Source of the DNA: Eukaryota sp. TZLM1-RC
Lineage: Eukaryota; Protista; Metamonada: BaSk clade
NCBI GenBank assembly: GCA_040285825.1
Contig: JAUPSS010000011.1
Location: 62,001 to 126,000, forward strand
Length of the DNA: 64,000 nt
Reading direction: 5' to 3'
The translations under genes were made by a program, and so were the position numbers. Position 1 is the first letter of the stretch. Every line of letters starts with the position of its first letter. This document shows, in pieces, positions 1 to 13,100 of the stretch. The notes beneath the pieces are model-generated. The model worked only from the letters and a program-made list of their open reading frames with translations, had not been told where the DNA came from and did no database searches.

Positions 1-1090
1 GGGTTTCACATATTTAGCAATTTTATATTTTTCGCCTGCAAGAAGAGGATTATTTACATCCGAGTTAATGAGATGTTCGTTAGAAGAATTACAAGGTTCA
101 ATAGACATGGCGTCTAAAATAGTAAAACTACCATACCGGGAACAACCAGATCACCTCTTGTCAGACCCATAAAAGCTCTGCTGTAACGCGTACTATCAAT
201 ATTGGGGTCATCAAGAATTAATTTTGATAACAATGGCTCTAAAAAGGAATCTACTCGATATGATTTGCACATTACATAAATTTGGTCCCTGACATTATAA
301 TGCACTATGCTTCTAAATGTAATGCAATGTTTACAGTTCAAAAGATGAGTAAACAAAAGAGGTTTACCACATTTACATGTTAAATGATTGGGCAAATTGT
401 TCGGCCACAGAGAACAACGAAAACGCATGTTTAAAAGCAATTCATTGTTTTTTAACAAAAGTCCATAAACAAAAAAAATTACCGAAAGCGGGATTTTTAG
501 TTTTGACCAAGCCAAGTCTTACTTCATAATCCAAGCCTTCATATAATTTAACCAGCTGGTGCTGAAGCTTTTTCAGGCAAAAACGTAAATTTGGAAGTGA
601 TCGGGTGGGAATTTCTTGAACATTCTGAGGAAAACACTGAATCCAGGTATCACTAGGCAAATTATCTAATTCAAATTGAAGTTGATTTTAATAAAAATTT
701 GATTCACCATGGACCAAATGAACATCATCAGGAAATCTTTGGATAAATTCAAAAATACATTTTTTCCACCTCCTAAGAAAGCTGCTCTACATAAAATCGA
801 AGATTTCGTGAAACCAATTCCACCCAATTCAGCAGAACAAAAAACATGACTTCGAATTAAAGATTCATTTACTTCCAATAAAGAAAAAAAATTCGACCCG
901 AAGTTTGTTGAAAAATTCACAAAAATCAAGAGATACTGAAGGAGGAGTTGACCTTAAAATATGAGTGAATTTTACAGAATAACAAATTTTTAATTTTAAA
1001 AATTTGATGTGTTTTTCAATATCACATTCAGCAATAAAACTAAGATCCTTGTCAAAATTCTCCAATAAATTGTTCAACTGGGAATAAATT
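1..1090 (-). mobile_element. CRE-like RLE non-LTR retrotransposon, family A, 5'-truncated and frameshifted; 3' end lies outside the window
   Basis: ORF pieces 865-1077, 666-929, 442-660 and 114-515 match the intact family A C-terminus at 51346-52443 (CKCGKPLLFTHLLNC zinc finger, RS.VH.NVRD, RGDL RLE motif). Confidence 0.85.
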
Positions 1091-1203
1091 CTTTTGCAGT
1101 TTCTTTGTACTTTTCAAGTCCATTCTTGATTGAATGAAACATGCTGCTATTCCATCAGTCTCGATACTAGACATGATGTACTTGGAATTTTCTGAATAAA
1201 GTT

Positions 1204-2974
1204 TTTAAATAAATAAATATTTATTACGAAGAAACAAAACAAAACAAAACAAATTTAAACACATAAGAAACAAAATTCTCCACTCCAACTCTTGATGAAT
1301 CCTTATACAGCTTGGACATCATTAAATTTAAGTACTTGGGAACACTTCTATACAAAGCAAAAATGATGCGATGCTTCATAATTTCCCTGCAAAATTCTTA
1401 CCAATTGAACGACATAAATTGTCAAACTCATTGAGAAAATTCAAGGCAGACTGACCAATATTGCCAAAAATCGAGAAGGCAAAAGGAACAAAAGAAAACT
1501 TCGAGTAAAGGTTCCTATTTAAATCATTTAATATCTCAGCATATTTGTCTCGTTCACGAACCTCATTCTTGTTCAAGTGACCATTACAACTAACTAAAAC
1601 ATCATCACGATAAATTAAGGTAAAGGGATCAACTGTAGTAAAATCAACAACAACTTGAGAGGAATCCACAAAAAGAGCAATTAAATCACCTCGACGTGAA
1701 TAAAACAAATTATTATCACTATAATGCTTCAACAACGGTTCTACTTTGCAACTAAAATTGTAACTCTTAAACATTTCAGAGGTCACATCACGAACAGCAT
1801 TATGAAGAACTGACCGATATTGAAGAAACTTCTTACCACTCACAATATGACGGCAATTGGCAAACGGTTTTTCGTTACAAATACAAACAGAATTATCCAA
1901 AAGTCCACTTGGATTCAACCCTAATCTCAAACGCATGTGTTGTTTCCAAACTTCATTTGTGAAGTGAAGACAAATGGCTTTGGTTGCTGAGAACTTAAAC
2001 TAGTGCAATTTTGAATGTCTGACAAAAAGGCAGCAAAGACGTGATTATTAATCTTAGTCACACTAAGTCGTTTAGGAAAATCCAAATCTTCAAAACCAGT
2101 TACATCAGACTTCAGTAATTTCACAACAGCAAGATGAAGATTAGACAATGATCTCGAGGGTACAGAAGGCAAACTTGAAGGAACACACTTATTCCACACA
2201 TCAATAGGTAGTTCTTGCACCATGTTTTCGAGAGACTTCAACAAAAGGATGTGATTCATTCAAAGAAATTTGATCAAACCAGAATTTCCACTCAAAAAGA
2301 AAATTTTTCATACCACCAATGAAAGCACTTTTGCATAAATACTCTGCTTTTGATAAACCAACTCCAGCAAATTTAGGACTAAAAAATGCATGATAAGGAA
2401 TTTTTGACGGACATCTTTCTACTAAATTACCCAAAAACTTGGATCTCAAAGCATTTGATTGATGTGCAAAATCATGTGAGATTGTAGGGGATAAAAAACG
2501 AAAAAGGTGATTAAATTTTGATCCAAAACACACATTTAGGACCGGAAACGGAGAATGCTTGTCAATTTTTAATTCTTGAATAGCTAAAAGTTGCTCTTCA
2601 ATTTTTTCCAAAATGCCCATCAAAATCGATTTAATTTTTTCACTGTTTCCAAAATAGCAGCCCAGAAAACGAATTGCATCTGCTGCATAATCAACAAATT
2701 TGATGAAAGTTTCATTAAATGCTACCTCAACATTCTGATTACCATTAATAAAACATTTGGGCAATTTAATATCTAACCCAATTTGTTGGGTCAGAATAGC
2801 AAAATGTTGTAATCCTTGCTGTAAAAGGGACAAAGGACCAATAAGGGACAAACCATCTGCATAAGCCCATAAATGAATGTTAGGAAAATCCAACTTAAAT
2901 TTTACTCAAACTGAATGAAGTGCTAAACAAAAGAAAAATGGCCCAGAGGATCTCCCTGCTTGACACCTCTTGAC
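1204..2974 (-). mobile_element. CRE-like non-LTR retrotransposon, family B, 5'-truncated within RT, 10-bp TSD
   Basis: GVKQGDPL and AYADG RT motifs, CIC..H zinc finger, RSVLHNAVRD, RRGDL; TSD GAATAAAGTT at 1194-1203 and 2975-2984; AATAAA plus A-rich tail. Confidence 0.85.
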
Positions 2975-3324
2975 GAATAAAGTTAGTGTTTTTAATCTTA
3001 TCCATTTTCAAAAAGGTATTCCATAAAACCAAAACCGCAGCTTGATTATTGCATTGGTAAGACGACCTTGAACCAAGAATGTTCTTAATTGGACAATGAA
3101 CAAGTTCAATAAACTTGTCTTGTCAATTCTGATATACGAGAGAATACAGGAATTCTTGAAAGGCAGAGCATCAAAGAATTTGCTCTCCTCATTTTCTAAA
3201 TAATTATTAATATAAAACATTGCCCTCAAATAGTAATTTGTTAGTGACCAAAAATCAAGCTTGGAATACTTTTCTCTTTTGGAATTACCCGGAAAGTAAA
3301 TGAGGGATCTGCTCATAGATCAAA

Positions 3325-3652
3325 TTTGATATAGTTTATGTCCATTTGTTTTTTCTTTGCTTGGATCTCTAGGTAAGGCTGCTATGGCTTTCCTTAAGGA
3401 TTTTGTTGTAGTTGTAAAGGAAAGAACTGGAAGAATTTTCAATCGTGTTTACTGGCAAAACAGGACTGTATTTTCTATTTTTAAGGGAATGGTAAAACTA
3501 ATTTCTGATTCACTACCTTCTTTTGGGAAATTTTCTGAATCTTTAGCAATTAATTGTTTTGATGTAGGGGAGGCAGGTTTTGAGGATGTGGAGTTTTAAT
3601 TGTGTATTTCATATTTGTTGTTGAATAAAAATAAAAGAATTTTGCAAAAAAA
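3325..3652 (+). mobile_element. 3'-terminal fragment of CRE family A with 14-bp TSD (1 mismatch)
   Basis: Near-identical to about 52172-52478; GCTCATAGATCAAA at 3311-3324 and GCTCATTGATCAAA at 3653-3666. Confidence 0.8.
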
Positions 3653-4008
3653 GCTCATTGATCAAAAGCGAAGTATTCGATGAGACTTTGTTTCTCATTG
3701 CAGAAGTTTCGCCATCAATATCTCTACATCCTCCTAGAAGGAGAGATTTAACCTTGCCGATGAATGGTGAAAAGTTTTCTTATCTTGCTTTTTCAGGATG
3801 TTGTTGTTTCTCTTAACATCATAGAAAACATCAACAAACCGATCCAAGTAATCAAAGTAATGCTCCTGCATGTTATTATTGAAATTCACAATCAGTGTGT
3901 CAATTGTGTGATACAAAATATTACTGATTCCCTTTTTTGATAAAACTTTTGCCATTTGAAAGAGGGGCTGACATTTAATTTTGATTAATTTTTTCAACCT
4001 TTTGATTA

Positions 4009-4398
4009 ATGTTTGCTGATAGTCCTCTTACAGCACAGTCCTCTTACAACTCCTTTTACTCGAGTTATCCCAACATAACACTTCCTAATCTACCGGATTT
4101 CATTAGACAACGCATCGAAAGCCATTGCCACTCTTCTCAATCAGCCGAGCGACTTGATGCAAGTCTGTCCTCTTCTCCCCCACATTATTTCAATCACCAC
4201 CTCTCCTCTCTGAGTCAGGGTGGACCTGTCCTATCCACTGATTCCCCTTGCATAGCATGTCGGTCTCCATTCAATCAATACCAGCAAATTCCCAAGGAGC
4301 AAGTTGCTAGTCAATCTTCAGCTTCCATTACTCTCCCAGGTAAAGTTAGGATGGAATTTGATTTAGGAGTGGATGAGCCTTGTATTCTTGACCCTTAG
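4009..4398 (+). CDS. Hypothetical Ser/Pro-rich protein
   Basis: 129-aa ATG ORF with higher GC than its flanks and a downstream AATAAA; no recognisable domain. Confidence 0.4.
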   Translation: MFADSPLTAQSSYNSFYSSYPNITLPNLPDFIRQRIESHCHSSQSAERLDASLSSSPPHYFNHHLSSLSQGGPVLSTDSPCIACRSPFNQYQQIPKEQVASQSSASITLPGKVRMEFDLGVDEPCILDP

Positions 4399-4591
4399 TT
4401 TTCGTTGGTTCATAATATTAGTTTAAATTAACATTGTATTTTGCTTGGATCTTTTACTTGTTTTGCTTTGAATAAACTATAAATTAATTTGCTTTACTCT
4501 TTTTTTGCAATATGGGGAACCATTTGGACAGGGCTTTTTTCCATCCCAAATAAACAATTATTTATTTATATCTTTATTCATTATTTATCAA

Positions 4592-4945
4592 CAAGGCTGA
4601 GGTTCGTAAACGAGACAACTATGGTGAGTTATTGAATGATTTAAATAAGAACCTTTACTCGAAGTTTTATTTTGTTCCTTTTTCCTTCTCGATTTTTGGT
4701 AATATTGGTCAGTCTGGTTTGAATTTTTTCAATGATTTTGATATTCTTTGTCGTTCAAATGGTAAGAATTTTGCTGGGTATTTATGAAAGAATCGTGTCA
4801 CTTTTGCTTTGTACAGAAGTGTTCCCAAGTATTGAAATTTAATGATGTCCAAGCTGTATAAGGATTCATCAAGATTTGATGTGGAGAATTTTGTTTCTTA
4901 TGTGTTTTGCTTTTTTTGTAATTACGTAGATAATATACATTTTAT
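4592..4945 (+). mobile_element. 3' fragment of CRE family B
   Basis: Reverse-complement similarity to about 1255-1575. Confidence 0.75.
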
Positions 4946-5339
4946 CAATTTATCAAAAAATAGTTGTAAATCACTCAATAATTTAACTTATTTAATTTAA
5001 TTTGATTAATTCATCAAGATTCCTTGTATAATATAGTTTATCCCTATCCCTTAAAACTTGATATGAATTATGGCAAGTAATTGAATCCAACAAACAGAGA
5101 GATATCTCACATGATGCTGTTGGAATGGATGGTTGAGCATTGAGCTTTGGACATTTTCTCTCTGAAGGAAGCGTCAATTCTCATCTTTTCAAAATACCGA
5201 ATTTCAAAATATATGTTCAAAACTTTTTGTCAAACCATTGAAGATTCGTTATTCAAGATTTTGTGCTCTAGGGCGAACGAAAAGCAATTTTGGAAGAGAA
5301 AATAATAAAGAATACTCTCATTAACTACTGATTAAACGA

Positions 5340-5740
5340 CTAGAAATAGAATCATCAATTACACAACTTAAGCTCCACATCCTCAAAACCTGCCTCTCCA
5401 ACATCGAAGCAGTTAATTACTAAAGATTTAGAAAATTTACCAAATGAAGAAAGTGAATCAGAAATTAATTTCACCATTCCCTTATATGTTGAAAACACAA
5501 TCCTGTTTTGCCAGTTAGCACGATTGAACATTCTTCAAGTTCTTTCCTTTATAACTACACTGAAATTTTCAAGGAAACCAAAGCAACCTTTCCTAAAGAA
5601 TGGGCGGCCAAGCAAAAAACAAAGGAGTATAGATTGTAGTAGGCATGAGAATTTTCATTATCGGAAGAGCTAGGTTTCGCGTATTTAGCTATTTTGTATT
5701 TTTTACCAGCAACAAAAGGATTATTGACCTCAGAATTCCG
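5340..5740 (-). mobile_element. 3' fragment of CRE family A' (degenerate)
   Basis: Similar to 58850-59230 and 18238-18600 (GEAGFEDV end). Confidence 0.75.
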
Positions 5741-6104
5741 AATTAATTAATTTGAATTAGAAGTATTTAGAAATGCAACTCCTCGTGATTAATCGCCTGG
5801 CACTATATTGACAATAATTTATTCTCTAATGTACCCAGTACGAGTTTGTCAAAAGTGCAGTTTACCTCTAAATTTCATTTCCTTACAAATTATTATCTCG
5901 CTTATCAAATTTAGGTTGTATTAATCCATTCAAATTTGGTCTTTTGGCTGAAATACACTTTTTTAGTCAATTCTGGTTCTAACCAATTGATGCACTCAAT
6001 GAATTCAATCAAAATATGTTTGCACTTGGTTACAGGAAAATGGTAGAGGACATTAATAATTCTCCAAATAGAATAAACAACCACTTACAATAATTTATTA
6101 CACT

Positions 6105-6779
6105 CTATTCATCAATAAACCCCAACAACACATAACCAACTATAGATACACCAAAAACTGACATTATTAAAGTCAATTTAAAATTCCTCCACCACATAAT
6201 CCTTTTCAAAGTTGTGGCATTCTGGTAATATCTAGCGCTTTGACCACTCAACGCCTCTGACCTTCCTACAAGATTCTCTAATCGTTCTCCCCTCTCTGCC
6301 AAGGTCTGTACGTTCTGCTGCATCATTTTGGTTGTTGCGTCAAGTTCAGCCTGGGCTGCGAGAATGGAATCAAAGCGTTCAGGGGTTTCAAACTTTTCTT
6401 TCAGTGGAAGGGTAGTCTGTTTTACAATTTTGTTCATCGAACCTGCTTGGCAGCTACTAGCGGTGGAGGTATGCTTCTCAAATTGTGTAGAAAACTCGGT
6501 GAGGAAAGCGGTTGCAATTCGAGTCTTGTAGGATGGCTCAAAGATGGCAAAGTACAGAAAGGATGAGTCTGAAACAAATTGGAGAAGGCCTGCTCCGGTG
6601 GTCTCTTTGTTGTCACTATCTACCACGCATAGAGAGGGACACTTTTCAACATCAATTTTGGTGATAATTTGAGTCACTAATTCTATACAACGGTTGCATA
6701 TAGCTTCATTAGAGGATAACTTGTGAAAGCCAAGAATAGACCTATCAGATTGACGCGATACTGCTACAAAGCGAAGCAT
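6105..6779 (-). CDS. Longin-domain R-SNARE (VAMP7/VAMP71-like)
   Basis: N-terminal longin fold, synaptobrevin motif MQQNVQTLAERGERLENLVGRSEAL, MWWRN and C-terminal TM helix. Confidence 0.9.
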   Translation of the reverse strand: MLRFVAVSRQSDRSILGFHKLSSNEAICNRCIELVTQIITKIDVEKCPSLCVVDSDNKETTGAGLLQFVSDSSFLYFAIFEPSYKTRIATAFLTEFSTQFEKHTSTASSCQAGSMNKIVKQTTLPLKEKFETPERFDSILAAQAELDATTKMMQQNVQTLAERGERLENLVGRSEALSGQSARYYQNATTLKRIMWWRNFKLTLIMSVFGVSIVGYVLLGFIDE

Positions 6780-7180
6780 AAGAGTTGGTAAGGAGAAATG
6801 TTTTTAGTTTTGAAACCATTTCGTCTCATCTCAAGTAAGTTCTCATCTTTTGCTTTGAAAGTTTTACAAAGTCTACTAATAGACACAGTTCATCCATATT
6901 GAAGAGACTTTTGTTCCCAAAACTAAGCAGAAGTGGTCATGTCTATGATTGTAGTTTGGAGTGTTTCTAATAAATTCATCTGTGCCGAATAGATTATCTG
7001 ATTGCAACAATAATGACATCTATGAAACCAGGAAATCTATAGTGATAGGTTTATTAGAAGTATTGCTTTTTGTTGCTGTGAGAAATGGATAAGTAATCTT
7101 GGTGAATATATGGTAATAAGAGCAAAACGAAAAACAATAACTTTTATGGACAATGGAATATGTACAAAATGTTGACTAAA

Positions 7181-7675
7181 CTAGTCTGATGCTTCACTAT
7201 GCTTAATAACAAAATTGAGGTATCTCTCCCTCATAGATGCCTCCATGAGACTTTCAAAGTGTGAGCATTGCAAAGACGGCACTGGCAGTTCGAATGATAG
7301 AAATTGCGGCAGCATAAAAGGTGTCACTTGTGGAGCACGTGGAAATGGTGATGGAGGTTGTGTAGGTGGCATCGGCACACGATGTGATGTAGAGTGGAGA
7401 AATGATCCATCAGAAGGAAAATGTTGAAAATGTCCACAAATAGAGGATTGGTTCTCCATGGTTGAAACTGTTGCAGAATCCTTGTCTGACGGGGATTCCT
7501 CATTGACTTGTGAATGTTTCCTGAAGGGCCAGGCCTTATAACCTAATTCGCGAACTCGTTTCTTGAGAGTTGATCTACTGCAGTTTAATTGGGTCGCGGC
7601 AAAGTCAATGGGTACATTGGCCATCATCCATTTTCTTATATCACTTTCGGACACATGAATTTTAGGACGAGGCAT
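7181..7675 (-). CDS. RWP-RK domain transcription factor
   Basis: PIDFAATQLNCSRSTLKKRVRELGYKAWPFRK matches the RWP-RK consensus; first ATG at 7675. Confidence 0.8.
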   Translation of the reverse strand: MPRPKIHVSESDIRKWMMANVPIDFAATQLNCSRSTLKKRVRELGYKAWPFRKHSQVNEESPSDKDSATVSTMENQSSICGHFQHFPSDGSFLHSTSHRVPMPPTQPPSPFPRAPQVTPFMLPQFLSFELPVPSLQCSHFESLMEASMRERYLNFVIKHSEASD

Positions 7676-8175
7676 AACAACACGGATATTGTTCAAGCCG
7701 CAAAGTTAGAATAGAAGACTAGCTCCGGAACACAGTAACTAGTGGTAGACCTCCCCCTTCACGACACGTGATTATGATGGGTGATGAGGGAAATCACTTG
7801 CTCTTGTAAAAGACTTTTTTTGAAATTCGGTTGATTGACTGTGTCTGCTTCTATTTTTGTTTCTCAACTCACCCATTGTAGACGTCATTTGTTTGCATAT
7901 CCTCAGAATACTGTTTTTAAACTCCAATTTCATTTAAAGCAAAACAATACGAATTACCTGTGAATTTTCTTAATATCTATAAGAAAGCCCGAATTTGCTT
8001 TTGCTGGCAAATTTAAATATTTGTTGGTTGTTGTACTGTGTGATTATTCGTGGAACAATGATGCTTTGAATCTCATATTTTGAGATACTATTTCTCAATC
8101 TCATAAAATTGCACAACAAAATGTGGAAATAATGTAATGGTGAATAAATACATAGAAGAGAAGCTATCAGTTTAT

Positions 8176-8802
8176 TTACGCCTTGAGATCAGCTTCAGAA
8201 ACTAGAAGTTCTGATTGAGCACGGCGTTTAGCACGAACAGTTTTGTTTCTGGCTCTACGAGCTTCTGCTTGACGAGTGAGTTCGTTTTCAGCTGCTCTTT
8301 CGTTCTTTTGTCTGTGAATATAATCCATAAGGACACGCTTATTCTTAAAGACATTACCCTTGACCTTGAGATAAAGCTCGTGGTAGAAATGCTTATCGAT
8401 CTTACCAGCGTCGCGATATCTTCTCAACATACGGCGCAAAACACGCATACGGCGCATCCAAAGAGTTTTGGTGGGCATGCGAGCTTCCTTGGTACCCTTT
8501 CGTTTACCAAGACCTGTGTGACGTCCCTTTCTCTTTGCGTCGAGTCTAGCACGGACACGAGAACGGGAATGGATGGCTACTGGCTTTCTGATAATTCTCT
8601 CAGACTTGACAAGACGTCTGATGTTGGCTCTACCTGATATGAGACCATGAACACAATAACATACTGTTGGCGGTGGCGATCTCAGAAACTTCATTAGGAT
8701 CCAACCATACACGGTTGCGACCACATTTCAAGACGGAAGCAGCTAAACGTTTCTGTAATCTGAGATTTACTGAGTTCAGATGATAGAGAGGTGCAAACCC
8801 AT
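8176..8802 (-). CDS. RPL19: 60S ribosomal protein L19 (eL19); exons 8799-8802, 8665-8769, 8176-8633
   Basis: Spliced product [63 protein letters not shown]; GT-AG introns of 29 and 31 nt. Confidence 0.97.
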
Positions 8803-9949
8803 TAATGAAAAACTGAAAAAGAGAGGAAGGGAACTCAATTTCTTTTTAGTTATGGTGAAACCAATTCAAAACATATGCAAAGGGTTGTATAGGTTATTCT
8901 CTCCAAGAATTCAATAATGGTGTATGTGGAAGTTGGACATTTGGGTAGGATTGATTCTATGGTGAAGCTTAGCTACCGTGTGCTTATCGATGCGCCATGA
9001 GGAAACACTCTTTGTTGAAGCTTAGTGTATTTAATCAGTTAAAACGGAGCTATAAGCTAGAATGAAGCAATATATATTCTTAGTAAGTTTATATCTTAGT
9101 ATAGAATAAACAACAATGCTCACACATTTGATGTCAAACACACCCTTAATCACTCAAGGGATGCTTTTGAATGTTGAATATAGTATTTTTTGCTATTTTG
9201 CATCACCATGGTGAAATGGACTTTGATTTAAAGCATGACTTACACACTCACTGAATTCGAACTGAGAAACTTCGCTTGGTTGTTTGAAAGAATAATAATT
9301 CATTTGAATACATAATAATGACGATAATAGAAAGATAAAGGCAATTATTGAAAATACACTCAAGAAGATTTAATTCAGTGGAACAGAAATCGATTGGCAT
9401 TTTTAACATTCATATTGACAATGTTATACGAAATTTGTGAAAAAGAAAATTGTTCGCAGTAGTTGTATCTGGTCTTGTAGATCTACGTGAAGGGAAGCCA
9501 AAAAAAATCTGGTTATCATAACAAACCGGTGCTAGCAGTAGCTAAACGTGACTTTCCCTTTTAGGAAAGCGGATCACGTCATCATAAGTTTAATTTATAT
9601 TCTGTCCATAAACTTCCGTATTGTAAGGTTATATTTAGTGCACGAAAAGCAACACCGGTAATGGATTCGGATCACTTGTTGAAGCAATGTTTATAACAAC
9701 ATCTAAATCATAAAAGACTATCTTGATTCAAGGCAAAAAAAAACAAATTTACTCTCCAAGTTGACCCTTGTATTATGGTACAGAAATAGGAGTCATCAAT
9801 TATCAAAGAGCTATGACCACACAAGATGTTTGAACCACAATGCATGGACGAATTTGAACATACCCATGGAAAGACAGAAACTAACATTGTAATGATGGGT
9901 GATTTAAGGCAAATATTTTAGATAACATTTACCATTCCCTACAGATATT

Positions 9950-10137
9950 TGTTGGGTTAGTATGGAGATGCATCGAGGTAATAATAAACAGGAAAACGGG
10001 GTGTTTATTAGAAAGGTGGGAATAATCAGGAGAATTTGAACAAGAGTCTAGATAAATAAGTGATGACGTGGCATCACGTGATACTGTAACTACTAATACA
10101 CAAATATAACTATAACCTATATTGGCATAAGCCTACA
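9950..10137 (-). repeat. 3' LTR (188 bp)
   Basis: Identical to 17445-17632; TG/CA termini; AATAAA on the minus strand; TGACGT and ATCACGTGAT motifs. Confidence 0.97.
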
Positions 10138-13100
10138 CTACCTCTTCTTTCTTCTTTTTCCTCTTCTTCTGGGTTTGTCAAGGCTCATCATCTTCATAAA
10201 CCGGTGATAAGCGGTGGTGTTCTTTACGGTAACTTCTGGCTGGATAGTTTGAGTTCCGTCAGACCATAGGATGGTAGCTTGACCATTGGAAACATCTAGA
10301 ATGGCATCGACTAATAGTTCACCAGCGTCGGCAGCAACGTACGCATTCAGAATATTATCAGGCAGGGAGGATAAACAGGGTTTGAGTAAATGGATGGAAG
10401 TCTTCAGTTGTGTTCGTGTAACCGGGTTTTGAACTACGAGAGAACTTCGAGTTAAGATTTCTTTCACGATAAAAGGACCTACATAATGACCATGTAACTT
10501 GCTTGGAGTTTCTCGCAAAATGAAAACTCGGGATCCAACTTTAGGTTTGTACGTAGGTTCCGGAGGATCTATATCGGGCAGGTCAGGTGTTGGGACAGCA
10601 TTCCATTTGTCTTGAACCTGGGCAGACAGGTTGGCTAGGAATAACATGTATTCAGGGACATCTAAGTTATCTGGTTTAGGTGACAAGGCTTGTAGAACTT
10701 CAGAGGGTAGCAATCTGGGGGAAACATCGGATCCAAACATGAGTTCATAAGGACTTGCGTTGAGGGATTTTCGGTGATAGCTATTAGCTATCATTTGGCA
10801 GAACGGGAGGTAATCAGACCAATTTTCGTAATCAGCAAAGTCCAGAAGAATCTTCCTTAGATTCTGTAGGATGACACGGTGTTGTCTTTCAACCAAACCA
10901 TTGGATTGGTGAAAGTGTGGAATGGAGGTGGTATGGGTTATGTTTAAGAGTTGACATAACGAGGCGAAGACAGCGTTACAGAACTCAGTACCATTATCTG
11001 AATGGATTGACTTCGGCGCTCCAAATATTGCGTAAACGTGGGTTAGGATCGAATCAGCTACTGTGATGGCTTTGATATCGGGTACTGGGGTAAGAATGCT
11101 GAATTTGGTGAAAGCATCGACGAAATGAAGTACATATTTGTTTTGCCGAGAGTCGAATTGGAAAGGGCCAATAGTGTCACAGTGCAGATACTCGAAGGGT
11201 CTGCGGGAACGGGACAAAGATCCAGAGGCGGAGATCTGGGTCTTGGGGACTTCTGTGTTCTTCTGGCAGGGAATGCAACTTCGAACGTGGAGTTCAAGGT
11301 CTGCTTTCATAGTGGGCCAGTAAAAATCGGACTTCTTAAGGGTCCTCCAGGAGTTAGAGATAGATGGATGTCCGGCTTCAGTGGAACCATGGACGTGGTT
11401 CAGTATCTCTGGGACTATCGAGCGAGGAATCAGGATTTTCTTAGATGGGGTCATCTTCAGGCCAGTCTTTTCATTGAAAGTACAATTAAAGAAAAGTTCA
11501 TCATCATCGGGGAGCTTTTGTTGCTCGTGAAATATCTTCCGTAGAAAGGCTTCAGCAGGGGAGTGGACGGGGTTCTGAGGAATGAAATCGGATGAGGTTG
11601 CTTCGGATGAGTTGGGTCCAGGGTCAACTTCTTGAGTGTCTTCTTCGGTTTTTTCTCGGGGAACTTGAGATCTCGTGGTCACATTGACAATCGAACAAAC
11701 TGGTTCAATGGACTGGTCAGGGTCTGGGAATGGAAAAAGCGAGTACATTTCTTTACTATAAGTTCCGTCGGGGAGCTGTCTGGGGAGGACTACGGCTTGG
11801 AGTTCTTTATCATAGAAAGCGATCTTAAAGTTATACGGTATGGTGTCTAAAGGCTTGGTTGTTCGGATGTAATTAGCTAACGAGAGTTCGTCTAGCAAGG
11901 ATCTGTGAATGCTTTCTACGTGTGGGCAGGTGTTGCATGAGTTGAGTTTCGAAGAAAGGTGAAAATTACGGGGAACTAGGGTAAGCAGTTGCTTAGGAAT
12001 AGAACTATTTTCTACTTCTTCATAGGAGTATTGGTAAGTCACCACGGGATGGGGGCACGCATTACTATCATCACAATAATGATAAAAGTAAACAAATAAA
12101 GGGTACATTAGATAGTCGGGAATGAACTCGGAGGAAATGTTATAAAGCTGCAGCGGTCGGTGAGAGTTAACGGCGGCACCGGAGATAGGAGGAGGGATAT
12201 AACAGGGGATTGATGATCCGGCGTTATCATCTCCTATCAAATCTTGCATTTCTAGTTCATGTTCTATATCAGAGTCGGACCAGGATCGGGAGCTGAGGAA
12301 AGGAGAATACAAGACTTCTTCGCAGATTTCGTCGTAGAATTGGAGGCTATACCTAGAGAGAGGAATTGGACTTCGTTGGCTGGGATTCAAGATTCCAAAT
12401 CTTAAGAATTCGTTAATAGGTAATGTCAGGATATCATTCTCGGTGAGTTTATATAATTCGTCATTAACAAATAAAGTTTCTAGGTTAAAGGAGATATCGG
12501 AGGCGCGATCAGGAGTATAGGGAATCATCTCGAGTGGCAGGGGAGCTAGATGCAGGGGGTCGATATTGTTAATTAACTGTCCTAAGGTTACACAGGCAGG
12601 GGAGCAGTTAAGTTTTATGAAGAAAGCATTAGGCGGAATCATTTCAGGGAGATATGAGCGAGCAGGGAGAGTTGGGTCATAGAAATAAAGGCTTTTATTC
12701 CAGTTTCCGTGTTGGATGATATCAGCTATCGGAATAGAACGATTATGGATCTTTGGGTGAATTGGGGTATCCGGGTACATATGAGCGACAGAGGCGTAAG
12801 GATCTTTTGACTTGGAAAGAGGAAAAACATGTTGATAAATAAAGCATATGTCAGTAGAGAGAATAAAATGATAAGGAGAGGATCCATTTTGAATGTTATC
12901 AATGTCCCTACAATCGAGTAAAGAAAAATGTTTCGGGGAGTTAAGAATGGCGAATGGATCTGATTCGGAACGAAGGGAGGTAGCAGTCAAAAGCCTCCTG
13001 GGGTCGCGATGATTAAGGGAATACCATGAAGGTGGAGTATCAATGGCATAGAGGTTGAAAAAGGTTTCGATTGGAGAGAAGGGGAAGATCAAGTTTGGAG

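Larger units (their letters stand above)
1091..3997 (-). pseudogene. Fanzor1-like (TnpB-derived) gene remnant, family FzA, in three pieces (about 3653-3997, 2975-3324, 1091-1203) separated by CRE insertions
   Basis: Fanzor1-type N-terminal motifs NNNMQEHYFDYLDRFV, YLRAMFYINNYLE..FFDALPFKNS..YIRIDK and SSIETDG; the pieces rejoin at TSDs; RuvC part not in window. Confidence 0.6.

Noticed and set aside
9240-9949. Possible very degenerate Fanzor or helicase remnant (FEHTHGK..IVMMGD) as the LTR element's target
   Set aside because: Only one short motif amid many stops; cannot be assigned by eye
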